This document shows positions 25,364-41,383 of a DNA stretch of 64,000 nt, piece by piece (position 1 is the first letter of the stretch; each line of letters starts with the position of its first letter). The stretch covers positions 182,714,001-182,778,000 of the forward strand of contig OZ024741.1 in NCBI GenBank assembly GCA_964016885.1, in the 5' to 3' direction. A program made the position numbers and the translations under genes. The notes under the pieces are model-generated. The model searched no databases. It was not told where the DNA came from and was given only the letters and a program-made list of their open reading frames with translations. This stretch comes from Eledone cirrhosa (taxonomy: Eukaryota).

Positions 25364-26240
25364 ACTAGCTGGCGCTCGGCTAGGTATACCGGCATTTTAT
25401 CTTTTCAGGAATCCCCCTACACTCCAGTGCAAAGATACCGCGTACGCCCTCTCAAGTCAACGAGGGGGGGAGGTTAACGTGCTCTGATGTTGGGTTTGAA
25501 TATTTTTTAGGATTCCCCAGTTAAGCAGCCAGTACGTTAAAGAAAATTGATAGTTACAACAATAAAGGCTGAACAGAGAACACATTTTTTAACAAACAAT
25601 AATTTGTACAACCATAATGGAAATTCCAAGTAACAGACAATATTTAAATTACATTTTTAGAGCCTCAGAGTATACAATATTTTTTGTTCGGCCCTCCGGA
25701 GCAAAGATGAAGAGATTGTTTGGCGAGCTCACCCTAGAGCATTCTACATACAATTGACCATGGGGGAATCACTGATCTCGTAGCTCGTCTCGCGGAGAAG
25801 CTCTGTAGACGTTGACCTCTGGACACTCCTGTCAGGAGCAGGTAAGCTGTAGTGACTTAGAGGCCTACCACCAATCTCCAGGACACTCTTTTCAAGACAA
25901 ATGAGTGCCTCATTGAAAACGACATCGTATGTTACGTTCGCATTGTGTCTGCGTGTGTGGTGGAGGATGTCCTCAGCTAGATTTTCGCGGTGGTTGTTCC
26001 ACAGTGCGAGAGGGTCGGCAAGATCTCAGTTGTGCAGCATAATAGCAAAACGTTTTCGCAGCTGAGAATGGACTTTAGCAGTTGCTGCTTCTTGCAGGGT
26101 GAGGTGCCAACGGCTGTCATCGTGTTACATACCACGCATCTGGCAAGCCAAACGGTAAGTGGAACATTGATGGTTCTCAGATCTTGGAAAGACTGTGGTC
26201 CTCTAACCTCGAACAGTAACAATGACGATAAGCCGTCTGT
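25364..26240 (-). mobile_element. Internally deleted Helitron: Rep-helicase linker joined to the PIF1-like helicase C-terminus and 3' CTAG end
   Basis: LLFEVRGPQSFQDLRTIN; NPADPLALWNNHRENLAED; HGQLYVECSRVSSPNNLFIFAPEGRTKNIVYSEALKM* (~25655-25765); the minus strand ends in a GC-rich stretch then ctag at ~25365. Confidence 0.82.
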
Positions 26241-26742
26241 GCTTTTGTGAAATAAATAATTTTTTGTGTATGCAAAAATATCTGTACACGAATATATAGA
26301 TTAAAATAACAGATTAAAGTTTAAGCAAACAATCGCTGCTTTCACCCTTAACGGGATCTTCTGAAACTAAAAAAATCTGTCTGTGAACGCAGAAGTAAAT
26401 ATCTCGAAAAACGTTATCTAATGCAGAGACATATTATAAGGGCGTTACGTTATAGCTATGTATCTATCTAAAAAGATAGACTAAAAAAAAGAGGAGAATG
26501 TTGTGCGACGTCATAAGAAAAAGTGAGGAATGACGTATAACCGGAAGTGTTGACATTTGAAATTTTAAAGAAGTGAATATTTAAATAATGTCTTTAATCT
26601 TTTAACAAAATTCAGTAGAGAAAAATACCCTCACTTTTTTACTTGGAAAAAGTTACATCTATGGTGCTGTTTGGTGCCGTTTGGCGGAAAGTTTGTTTCC
26701 TACATACGGTCGTCATATATATCTTTATTTATATATATATAT

Positions 26743-29700
26743 CTTTATTTTTTACAAATAAAGATCCGAAGACATGGAATAAATTTCCAATCATTTTAAT
26801 CACGACACATGTTTCAATAAGAGATAGATCGATCGTGTGGTCATGATCGATTATCACTGATCTCATCAGGTGAATTATGAAATGTCTTCAAATCTTTGAT
26901 TTGAGGGAGGAAAAACTAACGATGTTCTCTCACTAGAGTTTTGTTCCCCATATGAAGAATCAGCAGCTAAAACACAGCAACTGCTATCGTCTTCAGTCAG
27001 GGTCATAAATCTATCAAGTCTCTATCTCTCAATAGCTGTAAAAGACGCTGGACAGGTCTAATCTCAGCATCAAATTTGTAGAATTTCGGTCGGTCACAAT
27101 TAGTGTTAGTGAGTACACACACACTCACACACACCGACGCGAGGTCAGAGAAAATATATACACCAACACAGTATGCCTCATCCCGCCCTGGGCTGTCCTA
27201 AGTCTACTATAATTCATCTTAGCTATATTCTGAGCTATGTTACTGGTTGTGGAGTAGGACAGCTTGATGGTATTCCTATTGAATATTTTATAGTATCTGT
27301 GTGATCTAGGGAAGCAATTGTCTAAGGCCCTAAAGAAAAGCTTAGCTATACTAGTGGTCAGGCCGGTGGAGTATGGGTGGTTATACCACAGGATTTTTCT
27401 GGTCCGATGCCTCTTGCTCTTATTATCTATACTAGTGTTACCTGCCTCCTTGGTTGCTACTGGTCTTCCAATGAAGATACATTCGATAGGATCTCAAATT
27501 ACTACAATAGCGCCCTGGAACGCGCGGGGCATAGCGAGGGAATCTCATTCAAACGTCCATTAGGTAGAAGTAGCAACATTGTCTGCGATAGCTTAGGCCA
27601 AAATAGTTACACTTTAGTTAACAGCAGGCGGGAGGCGAATGAGGATCAATATAGACTTCATGTTGTATTGCCTCCTAGTCCCAATGACGATGGTACCAAT
27701 GAGAATAACCACCCAGGTACAAACACGGTGTCCGAGCACTGTACAGCCAGAGGCAGCTTTAACTATTACCTTAACTGTAGAGCTGATAAAACAACCGTTG
27801 AACGTAAAATAGAACGGAGGTCGGGTAGGGGGGATAGGGATAAATGTAGTAGGCGCATAGTGGATATAACCCCGGCTATCGAGGCTAATTCCAATAACTG
27901 CACGGAGGGTACACCGCCCCGGAGACTTGGGACGATTCCAAACACCACCTGGATACCCCGGGACATCATCGACCCACTGGAAGTTATCAGTTCTAGTAGA
28001 CCAGTAGCAACGAAGCAGACAGGTAACACTAGTATAGATAAGAACAAGAGGCATCGGACCAGAAAAATCCTGTGGTACAACCCCCCATACTCCACCGGCC
28101 TAACCACTAGTATAGCTAAGCTTTTCTTTAGGGCCTTAGACAATTGCTTCCCTAGATCACACAAATACTATAAAATATTCAATAGGAATACCATCAAGCT
28201 GTCCTACTCCACAACCAGTAACATAGCTCAGAATATAGCTAAGGTGAATTATAGTAGACTTAGGACAGCCCAATGCGGGATGAGGCATGGCAGAACTAAT
28301 GGCAATTCTATGCATGAACGGACTCATACGCGTTAGGTGAGTCGGCCTACCCCAACCTCTGGGAACTTACCCATAGAGCAGACAAGAACTGAGACCCGAC
28401 ACCAGGGGTGCCGTGGTTACTCAGGAACTACCCCGGTTGGTAGCAGAACATGGAATTGCAGGAACACCGCTACTTGCCCCTTGGCTGGGAAATGCCTCAC
28501 CAAGAACATAGTCTACGACTGTAAGGTCTCCATTTTAAATAGAACGTTCAGGTATGTTGAGGCGACTGCCACTGAATTTAAGGATAGATGGTATAATCAC
28601 CGCCATACCTTTAATAAAGTAGATATTTTTAAAAAATAGCACGGCGCTTTCTAAATCACACTGGAAGCTTAAACAACAGAATATAGAGCACTCCTTATCC
28701 TGGTGCATACTTTGCTCAGCCCAGCCATATAACGGCAGCACGGGTGTTTGTAATTTATGTATAGCTGAAACCTTTAATATAATTAGAGCGGCCCCCTACT
28801 AATCAATAGGAGAGCGGACTTTTTCAACACCTGCCAGCATAGAACCTCGAAAACCTTCCTCGGGATTTTTAGAAAGTAACCTACCACTAACTCCACCCTT
28901 TTTACCTTAACCATAGAGTTCTCTCAATTAGCAAAAAATAGACAATCACACACTCAGGTAGTAGACAGCTAAGATCGTTTGCGCACTTACACAATGTACT
29001 CGGTGTGTTTCCACAGAGTTCTCACAGCTGGGTGCACATTTACCATTACTTTAGAATACCTAGTTAGTAAAGAGTTAGAACAATTACACATGAAGTTAAG
29101 ACCGATTACGCGCATTCACCATTACTTTAGAATACCCTAACCATAGAGTTCTCTCAGTTAGTAAATAGACATGTTACACACTCAGTTAAGAACGATTACA
29201 CTCTTTATACATAATTCTACACAGTACCCGGTTTCTTTAGACACGGAGTTCCCACAGTTATGACCAGTCACAATCTTATCGATTGAATACTACAATAGGT
29301 TTTTGGTCTGTGATCCTCTAACCATGGAGTGCTCACAGTTGCTGAATGGACAATACTACTTACATGCCATCAATGGGCTTACACATCCCTGGGGTTTTGT
29401 TATTTTATTTTATTTTGTGTTGGGTAACACACCTCCAACACTCAAACACTCATCTTAAAAGCCCGAGGGCCCATATGACTAGAAAACGCACACACTGACA
29501 CCTTAACTCAAATACCCAACCCTACATGGAGCCCCTTGTTGGCCTACATGGCGGGTGCTTGCAGGCACAGACTCGGAGACTCAGATTCTCAACGAGACAA
29601 CGGCACATATAGAGTTAGATACGAGCTGACTACTTGCTCTACACATGGATGTATATATACCAAAACATACACTATTTAGACGATACGGATGTTACAATTC

Positions 29701-30258
29701 AATCGATACACGTATAGCAGAACGTTGAACGGAATTTACTTGCGTATGTATAGGGTTGTGGTTGACCCAATTGTTTCTAATTTACATCGTGAAAATTGAG
29801 ATTTGACCAATATAACATTTGTTGTTTTGTAACCTAACTTTCGGTGCATACTGTGTTGGTGTATATATTTTTTCTCTGACCTCGCGTCGGTGTGTGTGTA
29901 CTCACTAACACTAATTGTGACCGACCGAAATTCTACAGATTTGATGCTGAGATTAGACCTGTCCAGCGTCTTTTACAGCTATTGAGAGATAGAGACTTGA
30001 TAGATTTATGACCCTGACTGAAGACGATAGCAGTTGCTGTGTTGTGGCTGCTGATTCTTCATATGGGGAACAAAACTCTAGTGAGTGAACATCGTTAGTT
30101 TTTCCTCCCTCATATCAAAGATTTGAAGACATTTCATAATTCACCTGATGAGATCAGTGATAAGCGATTATGACCACACGATAGATCTATCTCTTATTGA
30201 AACATGTGTCGTGAATAAATGATTGGAAATTTATACCATGCCTTCGGATCTTTATTTT
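26743..30258 (+). mobile_element. Penelope-like element 1 (Neptune-type), 5'-truncated, with inverted 5' copy of its pseudo-LTR and of an ORF segment
   Basis: RKILWYNPPYS...IFNRNTIKLSYS, WNCRNTATCPLAGKCL, IVY...YV..T..FKDRWYNH (GIY-YIG), CNLC with in-frame stops. 26743-27176 is the reverse complement of 29846-30258; 27173-27465 is the reverse complement of 27998-28288. Confidence 0.9.
30139..30216 (+). ncRNA. Type-I hammerhead in PLE-1 pseudo-LTR (second copy inverted at 26799-26874)
   Basis: attcac CTGATGA gatcagtgata...tatctcttatt GAAAC atgt GTC gtgaat; GUC triplet, ACATGT palindrome, overlapping AATAAA. Confidence 0.78.
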
Positions 30259-30391
30259 GATACAAATACTCAGCTTTACATCATCTAGCTGTTCCCATAA
30301 ATGGAACTGGAGATATACAAAAGCGTGGAGAACTTTATATTGCTAACAAAAGTTTATTGGACCGTATGACACAACCAACAATACACCTTAC

Positions 30392-30504
<113 letters not shown>

Positions 30505-30509
30505 GATCC

Positions 30510-32640
30510 GACAAAGGTAAAGAGTTTTGCGTCATCTCTCAAACCACATACAATAACCTAGCCTTTGAACACCTAAGCGACAATGAATTATACACAGAGA
30601 TCCCGGACATGACTGCAGCCCAGATCGAAAAACAGACTAACTCCATTTGGTTCGATATCTGTAGGAGAAGACAACTCCCAAATAAAGTTAAGCTCAACTA
30701 CACCACTAGAAATAGCAGACTGCCCACTTTCTACCACCTCATCAAGACCCACAAGAATAGTACTAAGACGCAAATAAGACTCATCGTCTCTAGCATAGAA
30801 GGACCCCTATACAAAATTTCCTGGCTCCTCTCCCAGGTCCTCAAGCCTCTACTCTCCACCTTTCCCGGACATGTCAGTAGCTCCGACGAAGTTATACGTA
30901 GACTACACCAACTCAAGCCAGAACAACTTAAACTAAATAAATACGCCTTTAGCCTCGATGTTGTCTCCCTCTACACTATAGTCCCCGCTCATCCAGCTGT
31001 CGATTTATTGACGGACTGCGTGGTCGCAGAGGACATCCACTGCTACGGCCTCCACCCGACGGACATACACCAGCTTTTGTCCTTCACAGTAGACAATACG
31101 TACTTCACCTTCCACCACCACACATACAGACAGACAACAGGATTACCCATGGGATCCAGCCTATCGGGCCTGCTGGCCATCACCTACATGAACCAGCTAG
31201 AATGCCGAGCCCTCAACACCTGCCACTCCCATGCCTTCTTCACCCGATATGTAGATGACATACTCATCCTTACATCATCCCGTGAGGAGGCAGATAAAAT
31301 ATACACAACATTCTCCAGCATGGACGCCAGTATAAAGTTCAGCATGGAACACCCTGATGACCGCGGATCCCTATCCCTACTGGACTTCCAACTCAGGGTA
31401 ACAGAGGAAGGCAACATCCACACCTGCTTCTATAAAAAAGCCGCCGGCAGGGACCTGTTCGTACATTTCAGATCGGCCCTCCCACTCGGTGCCAAGTTCG
31501 GATACATAAGGAACGAACTGGCACGTATCCGGAACAAATGCACCGACGCTAGAGACCGAGACACACACACCACACATTTCCTGGAAGTACTCAAACTGAA
31601 CGGATACACGACATCCACCACAAACCGTGCCAGAAAGAACAGAGGACACCACACCCGAGGCACTAACACTTGCTTCCTGAAGCTCCCACACTTCAGTGAA
31701 GAAACAACAACAGCCATCCGCAGAGCCATCAGACGAGAGGGACTAGATATCCAACTGGCCTACTCAGGTCCTTCTCTACGCGGACAGCTAACCAAAAGAC
31801 ACTCCACCAGACATGACAACTGCTGCAGACTAGCCAACTGCCCCATCAACGACACAGACCTATGCCACCAGGCTTAAGTCGTATACAGACTAGAGTGTGA
31901 CAAATGCAATAACTTCTACGTAGGTAGCACCACCAGACCACTCCACATAAGAATAAAAGAACACCTCAATACTAACGCTTCCTCATTTAAGAAACACCTA
32001 GTTAAATGCAAAAACACCGACAAAACCATAACAGTTAGGATAGAAACTAAGGAAAGAAACCTCGGCAATCTTAGAATTAAGGAAGCACTAATTATAGATA
32101 AAACACAACCACCAATCAATAATAGACTAGAACTCAACACCCAATTTATAACCTGATAGGGATCCTAGCCCCATATTTACACCCCCCCCCCCCACACACA
32201 CACACACTTACACCTCCACTTATTCTCTCTCACACATACACACACAAAACCAGTTCTAACACCAGATAAGACCTATCCCCCACATTTACGAATAGACTTA
32301 TCTTCTCACACTCACACGCACACACTCATATACTTACACCTTCATGCATTCTCCCACACACTTAAACAGGCATGTATATAAAAAATAAAAAAAACCCTAA
32401 ACAAACCCCTTTTAAAGGGAGACTACTCTTTATCCACCTAATTTTAATTCTTTGACATTAGAGATAGAACAGATACTCTATACTATTTCCTGTCAGCATG
32501 GCTTGGCAAGATATTTAGAACGCTGGTTTGAGACATTTATTTCCCTCTGAAGAAGAGATATTATCTCGAAAATTAAGGACATTTAAATAAATCTAAGGTA
32601 AAAGACGATTTGTCAACAATATCTTTTGCAATTGCATTCT
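30510..32640 (+). mobile_element. Penelope-like element 2 (Penelope/Poseidon-type RT plus GIY-YIG endonuclease); coding 30510-32156 with one premature stop at 31875-31877
   Basis: In-frame DKG at 30510, FYHLIKTHK, FSLDVVSLYT, GLPMGSSLS, RYVDD, LLDF; after the stop VYRLECDKCNNFYVGSTTRPLHIRIKEH in the same frame to TGA at 32154-32156. Confidence 0.95.
32544..32578 (+). ncRNA. Minimal hammerhead-like motif in PLE-2 3' end
   Basis: cct CTGAAGA a gagat att atctc GAAA at TA agg, followed by AATAAA at ~32586. Confidence 0.6.
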
Positions 32641-32722
32641 TTTTTCTATGCCCATACCTGCATTGTTTTGACTTTATTATACATATTCAAACGTTTATAT
32701 ATGTATATGTATGTATATATAC

Positions 32723-34770
<2,048 letters not shown>

Positions 34771-34923
34771 TACGCTCTGCTAACTCTCTAGCCCACTAAA
34801 TATTAACACTTCGAATATTTAATACTGCCGGCACTAGTATCGAGCACCTTTGGCATACGCTACTTGGCAAATAACTATATGTATCACCTATCCCTCCTTT
34901 TTCTCTCTTTCTCGATACGTAAA

Positions 34924-35040
<117 letters not shown>

Positions 35041-35089
35041 CATATATATTTATATATATATATACATATCTGCATATATATATATATAT

Positions 35090-35135
<46 letters not shown>

Positions 35136-35143
35136 ACATATAC

Positions 35144-35206
<63 letters not shown>

Positions 35207-35699
35207 TATAGATATATATATGAAATATAAAGGTTTACATTTACATAAAGTTATAGATATATATGTTGCAACCGGTCACTTTTAAGCTCTATGAAGAATT
35301 AATAAATTAAATAATCAGAGCAATATATCATAAATCATGTCCTTAGAATTATTAGATAAAATATATACCAATTCCTCTTCCAATTAGCATAATTAACCAT
35401 ATAAAAAATCAATTAGACCAAGCTATAAGAAGAAAGGCTCTTATGAAGAAATCTCCGACAAATAACCGAAAGTGGCCTCTTCGCGGTGGCCCCAATAGAG
35501 TATTTATCCAACATTTCGACAGCATGTAGAAACTGACTAAATATACCATCAACCATACACAATTAGGTGTAAAATTAAACTCAGAAGAAATGTGTACATA
35601 CCGTAATTATATCTCTACCATGGTTTCATCCGTATTTTTAGACATCCAATTAATAGGAATATCTTGAGTTAGGATTCATCAGGAGACAAACTCAAAATC

Positions 35700-35856
35700 G
35701 ACTGCCAAGCCAAGATTGAGCATCCCAGCCAAGCGCGCGCATGCTTGTTTGGGAGTGAAGGAAGCGCCAATAACAACAGTGTTGCCAACAGCCGTACGAA
35801 CAGTTTCTCTGCGTCGCCATCGCTTTGGAGACCTTACTTTTGGGATTACCCTCGTA
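35700..35856. mobile_element. Mariner-type transposon end
   Basis: Reverse complement reads TA-CGAGGGTAATCCCAAAAGTAAGGTC, a mariner-style TIR following a TA site. Confidence 0.6.
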
Positions 35857-35858
35857 TA

Positions 35859-35934
35859 TTGGGTCGTCAAGTGTATGAAATTTGTAGAAATCTTTTTCTA
35901 GAAATTTCTACAAATTTCATACTTGACGACCTAA
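35859..35934. mobile_element. ~76-bp palindromic mariner-type mini-MITE with TA on both sides
   Basis: TA-ttgggtcgtcaagtgtatgaaatttgtagaaat...atttctacaaatttcatacttgacgacctaa-TA. Confidence 0.75.
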
Positions 35935-35939
35935 TATAT

Positions 35940-38700
35940 ATCATCATCATCATCATCACCGTTTTACATCCGTTCTTCCACGCTAGCATGGGTTAGATGT
36001 TTTGTCCTGTTGTGGGCAGTAGCCGGTCGGCTGACCATGCCTTGCTCATACGGGAACTGATTCTGGCTTGATTTCTACAGCTAGATGCTCTTCCTAACAC
36101 CAACCTCATTTACAGTGAGTGCTGGGTGCTTTTTTTCCGTGGCGCCTACACGTCCACGTTGCAGTGGGAGGGGTGGGGGCATATTATCTATATGCTTCAG
36201 CTTCGGCTTGTACCCGAGGGGAGTCGGGTCTTCTGTATTACTGCGTTACGCCAGAGGTCACGGTCGTGTGTCATCGCCTTTGAGAGGTGTAATTGGTTAT
36301 GGTCGGCTTTTATAACCTCATCCCAGGTCTTCTTGGGTCTCCCTACTTCGCGGCTTCCATCGACTTCTAGTGCTCTGCACCTTTTTATGCAGCTGTCATC
36401 CTTCATACGTATCACATGTCCATACCAACGTAACCTCCTCTCCTGCACACAGCATTTGATTCCTCTTATGCTCAGTCTCTCTCTCAATTCGTTTATGCTT
36501 TGCCGTTCGCGTATATTACTACGGAATATACAGGAATTCCCATGGGCATCCGATCTTAAACTCATCCGCTATTGCCTGCAAAACTATGATGAACAAGAGA
36601 GGGCTAAGAACAGAGCCCTGGTGGACACCGACCTGTATGCTAAATTCCTTGCTATAGTCATTGCTAATCCTAACTTTGCTGACAGCTCCCCTATACATGG
36701 CTTGTACAGCTTTCACAAGCCATTCATCTACTCCTAGTTTTCTAAGAGCCCACCAGGGGACTCTGTCAAAGACTTTCTCCAGATCGACAAATGCCAGGTA
36801 GAGCGGCTTACTTTTAGCTAGGTTTTTTTCCTGTTACTGCCTCACAAGAAAGAGGGCATCAGTGGTGTCTTTTTCTGGCACAAACCCAAATTGCATTTCA
36901 TCTAGTTTCACCCGGTCCCTAATCAACTGTGCTATAACTCTTTCTGTTACTTTCATGACCTGGTCCATCAGCTTTATACTTCTATAGTTTCCTCTATCTA
37001 GTGCATCACCTTTACCCTTGTAGCAGTTGACAATGATGCTGCTGCACCAATCCTTTGGTATGATACCTTCTAGTATTACCTGGTTAACAATACGTGTGGT
37101 TATGGTGTGACCTACCGACCCAGATGCCTTCAGCATCTCGGCAGCTATACCCGATGGACCGGTTGCCTTCCCCGTCTTCATATCTTTGATTGCCTATCTT
37201 ACTACGCTGCTGCTGACTTGTACTGCTATAGGGTCTACTTGGGGTAGGGTCTCTTCTTCCCATGCATTCTCCTCATTTAGTAATCTTTCATAATGGCTCT
37301 TCCACGCATCTTTCTTCTCAGCACTTGTGAGGGCAAGCTCACCTTTATCATTCCGGATACACTTCTCTCCAATAACATCACAATTCTCTCTGACACACTG
37401 CCTGGAAATCTTGAACACCTCCTGTTTCTGGTCCTCACGTTGCAAAACATGCTTGAATTTTCTATCCTCTGCTTCCCTCCTAGCTAAGTATACTTGTCGC
37501 CTAGCTTCCCTCCTGGTCTCTATGTAATGTACCCTGCTTCCCCCATTCTTCCATTCTTTCCGTGCCTGTCTCTTAGCCTTAACTGCCTCATCTACCTTAT
37601 TGTTCCACCACCAAGTCACTCTCCTCCTGCCTGTAGTCTTACTCCAACCACAGATCTCATCCGTCGCCTTTAGTAAGTTATTTTTTAGGAACTCCCAGTG
37701 ATCTTCTACACTGAATGTCTCTATCTGTTCTTTACTGTCGTAGGCGTCGAGTAAAATACCTTTAAATCTGTTACTGGCTGAGGGGTCTTTCAGCTTCCAG
37801 ATCTTTCTTCTCCAGGTTGCCTTCTGTATCCAAGTTCATCTAGTTCTGACAATGAGGTCGCTGACAACTAAGTTATGTAGGGAGGTACATTCCTCACCTG
37901 GGAAGTCTTTTGTGTTTACGACCATCCATCTGTCACGTCCTCTGATGAAGATAAAATCTATCTGACCGGAATGCTCGCCTGATCTATAGGTGATCAGGTG
38001 GTTGTCGGTTTTTTTTTAAAGTTTTTGTTACATATCGACATCTCATTAGCGTTGCAGAATTCTAGAAGACTGAAGCCTTCTTCATTTCTTGTGCCGAACC
38101 CGTGGCCTCCATGGACTCTATTGAAGCCGTCACGGTGTTTACCTACGTGTCCGTTAAAATCTCCTGCAATGATTAGGAAGTTATTGTCATTTGTTAGAAC
38201 AGTAGTATGCATAAGGGACTCGTAAAACCTGTCCTTAAGTTCGTCTGGCAACCCCTATTAGGGTGCGTAAGCTGATATTATTGTGGTAATTGTTTTATTC
38301 AGGACTAGTCTGAGTTTAATGATTCTTGCATTCACCATGTTCACTGAGATTACCTTATCTACCCATTTGTCAGCTAGTAGGATACCTACACCACCCATCC
38401 CATTGTCATTTCCCACCCAGAAAAATTTGTAGCACTGACTTTTGCCTACAAGGACTCTAGCAGACGCTCCTCTCCATGTAGTCTCTTGCACACAGCATAC
38501 ATCAATTTCCTTTCGCTCTAGCATCTCTACGATTTCTTCTGCTCTTCCTTTCATTGTGCTTAGATTGATGGTACCAACACGGAGTTTTGGGCATTTGCCA
38601 ACATTCGTAGGAGAGGGTAAATTTTTGCGGGGGGGGGGGGGGGGTGTATGCTTCCTATCTCTGAATTAAAGTTTCGCATGGGTGCTTGGTAACTCGCGAA
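35940..38700 (-). mobile_element. Near full-length but dead RTE LINE (APE endonuclease plus RT) with (ATG)n tail and an internal deletion removing YADD
   Basis: DVCCVQET..GVG..IISAYAP, GDFNGHVG, WWNNKV, KATGPSGI..KGKGD..NYR.I, QFGF, VGVHQGSVLSPLLF; CPWEFLY joins directly to SNIRERQ at ~36520; tail at 35940-35958. Confidence 0.93.
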
Positions 38701-38843
38701 TTCATGTTCATTTATTTATCAATTCGGGGTTGCTCCATTTATCCTCAGCTCATCCATACATAATGGTAAGAGAATTCAGGGCTAGGGAGGCAGTAGTGGT
38801 AATAATGGCAGGGTTTGTTGGGGCTGGTAAGGGCGAGAAGAAA

Positions 38844-38901
<58 letters not shown>

Positions 38902-39189
38902 ATGGCAGAGTTTGTTGGGGTTGGCAATGGGGGGGGGGGGCATGTTGCTGAGGTTTGATTGGTCGAACAGGCTATGGTGTTGTGTGAGGGTGGGCGGGCG
39001 GAAAATTGTGAGATAGGTAGCCATCATGGCTTGTAGCATCTCAGGAGATTTAGGTGAAATAGTCCGCTACAAGTACGTATATTAGACGGCGAATATACAT
39101 TAGGATTTGAAGAAGTTCATCGTAATCCTCGAAAGGAGAGAAGAAGAGAGGTAAGGGAATAGATGACTTCGTAGAGTCATAATAAACCA

Positions 39190-39900
39190 ACGTGGGAAGA
39201 CAAGGCTGGCTCACGCGCCAGCTCGACCAGCACCGCCTTGCTTGTTTTCGTGTGGCCTTCAAACCCCACAATGGTGCTTGGCTCCATGCCCTGCCCTCGT
39301 TCTCCATTGGCACGCAGCTAGACAACCATAGCCTGCGCATCGGCGTTTCCCTGAGGCTCGGCCTCCGGATCTGCCAGCTACACCAATGTCGCTGCGGTTC
39401 CACCGTGGAATCTTTCGGCCTCCACCTGCTTTCCTGTCGGCACAGTGTCGGCCGCATTCCACGCCATGCTGCCCTCAACGAGGTCATTAAGTATGGCTTG
39501 GACACTGCAGGCTTCCCTTCCCAGCTCGAGCCGGTGGGGCTGGATCGAGGAGACGGTAAAAGGCCAGATGGCATGACCATCTTCCCGTTCCGCGGTGGCA
39601 AACCCCTCGTCTGGGATGCCTCTTGCACCGACACTTTCTGCAGCCGCAACCTGGTGCAGTCTGCGACTGACCCAGGTTCTGCTAAAGGTTTGTGGTCGTA
39701 CTCCTGGCAGTGGAGACTTCTGGTGTCCTCGGCCCAGGGCTCCTTACTCACCACCATAGGCCCTGAGCTGGCCAGCCGCAGGTGTGAGCCCCGCAAGTTG
39801 GAGTGGCTTTTCCAGCGTGTCTCCCTTGCCGTCCTCCAGGGAAACGCCTTCTCCATTCTGTCCGCCGGGGCTGTGGGTGGGGCCACATCGCGTACCATTG
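39190..39900 (+). mobile_element. C-terminal fragment of a restriction-like-endonuclease non-LTR retrotransposon (CRE-like)
   Basis: GAWL...CRCG...HLLSC (CCHC), RHAALN, EP.GL...KRPDG...LVWD (PD-type endonuclease), QRVSLAVLQGNA. Confidence 0.82.
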
Positions 39901-40356
39901 TAGTTGTTGTAGAAGAAACAGGAAGACAATAACTGGAAAATTTGACTTTCTCCTTTATCAGTTACCTATGAAATCAGCAAGATTAGACCAAGGAAACAAT
40001 GTTTCCATTAGTAATACAATGGCAAATATCTAAACTAAAACAGCTTTTGCATAGATACAAGAACATTCTTGAATTTTTTATTTTATTTATTTAATGGGTC
40101 ACTTCAAATTCCAGTGGAGAATAGATACTTCAGTTATTTTTCTTTTTTTAATCTTACATGTATTTAGGGTGAAGAATAAATGTGTGTTGTGAAGGCCAGC
40201 GAAATGATAAATAACAACAATAATAATAATAATAATTGGGGGAAGAGAGATACCTGAAGAATGTATGGGTGGCTGGGATATGATTTAGCAGTTTGTTAAA
40301 CTGATTCATGTTCGCCATTCAGAATCAAGTGTGTCTGATCTCATGAAAACCTCGAG

Positions 40357-40405
<49 letters not shown>

Positions 40406-41324
40406 AATTAGGCTGCTCAGCCGTTAATATGCATAAGGAAAGTATATACTTTCAGACGTTCAATCATCTGGCAGGAAGGTATACGTTGCTGACGATAGCT
40501 AATAAGCTTGAAACTAGTACAGCGTTCCTTTGTCAGTGTTGAACAAACGAGCAACGATGGTTGCTAGACACTACAGCTTAATACGGGATGTTTGTTTACA
40601 AACACGCCGAGCATTACAATAAATGTTCGGTGAATCCATACGTACATATATATATGTGTGTGCATGTATGTATATATATATACATACTACTGTACGTCTG
40701 TATACATATATGTATGTACGTATACATACTTATATATATATATATATATATATAAAATCATGAGTGTGTGTGTCTGTAGTTATATTTATTCCTGGGTATT
40801 TGTTGTTGTTCTCCGTTGTATAGAGTTCATACGTTGTTTTTTCCGTCTGTTCACAGACCCTTAAAATCGTATAATAAATTAATTGTCACTCTCAAATAGT
40901 GAAATAATTTCATGTATCATTGAGTGTTGACCCTGCTATTCGCGATAAATCGACTCCTGTTGCCTTCCTGTATATACGATATCGATAGATTCCTATATGT
41001 ATATAGGACTTACGTCCAAACGAACGCTTCGACTTCCGCATGTTTTCTCTGTTCTCTCCTCTCTTTTTCTCACTCTACCCACCCCCCGCGCTCTCTCTCG
41101 GCTCCTTCCGTGTCGAATCTGTCTATATAGGACTTAGTTCAAACGAACAATTTTTATTAATGTTTGTATATGCCCTGTCTCTTCTGTATTCTCTCTCGAT
41201 AAGAATCATGATCTCAGATCCTCAGCTTACCTGTCGTACAGTAAATCATTATAATATATTCCTTCCATATGCTGTAGTGTTTGTGTTGCTATTTTTGTTT
41301 ATCTTTTACACATATATATATGTA

Positions 41325-41383
<59 letters not shown>

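Noticed and set aside
27377-27470. N-terminus of the 319-aa ORF as a real start
   Set aside because: It reads through the inverted copy of the element's own downstream sequence.
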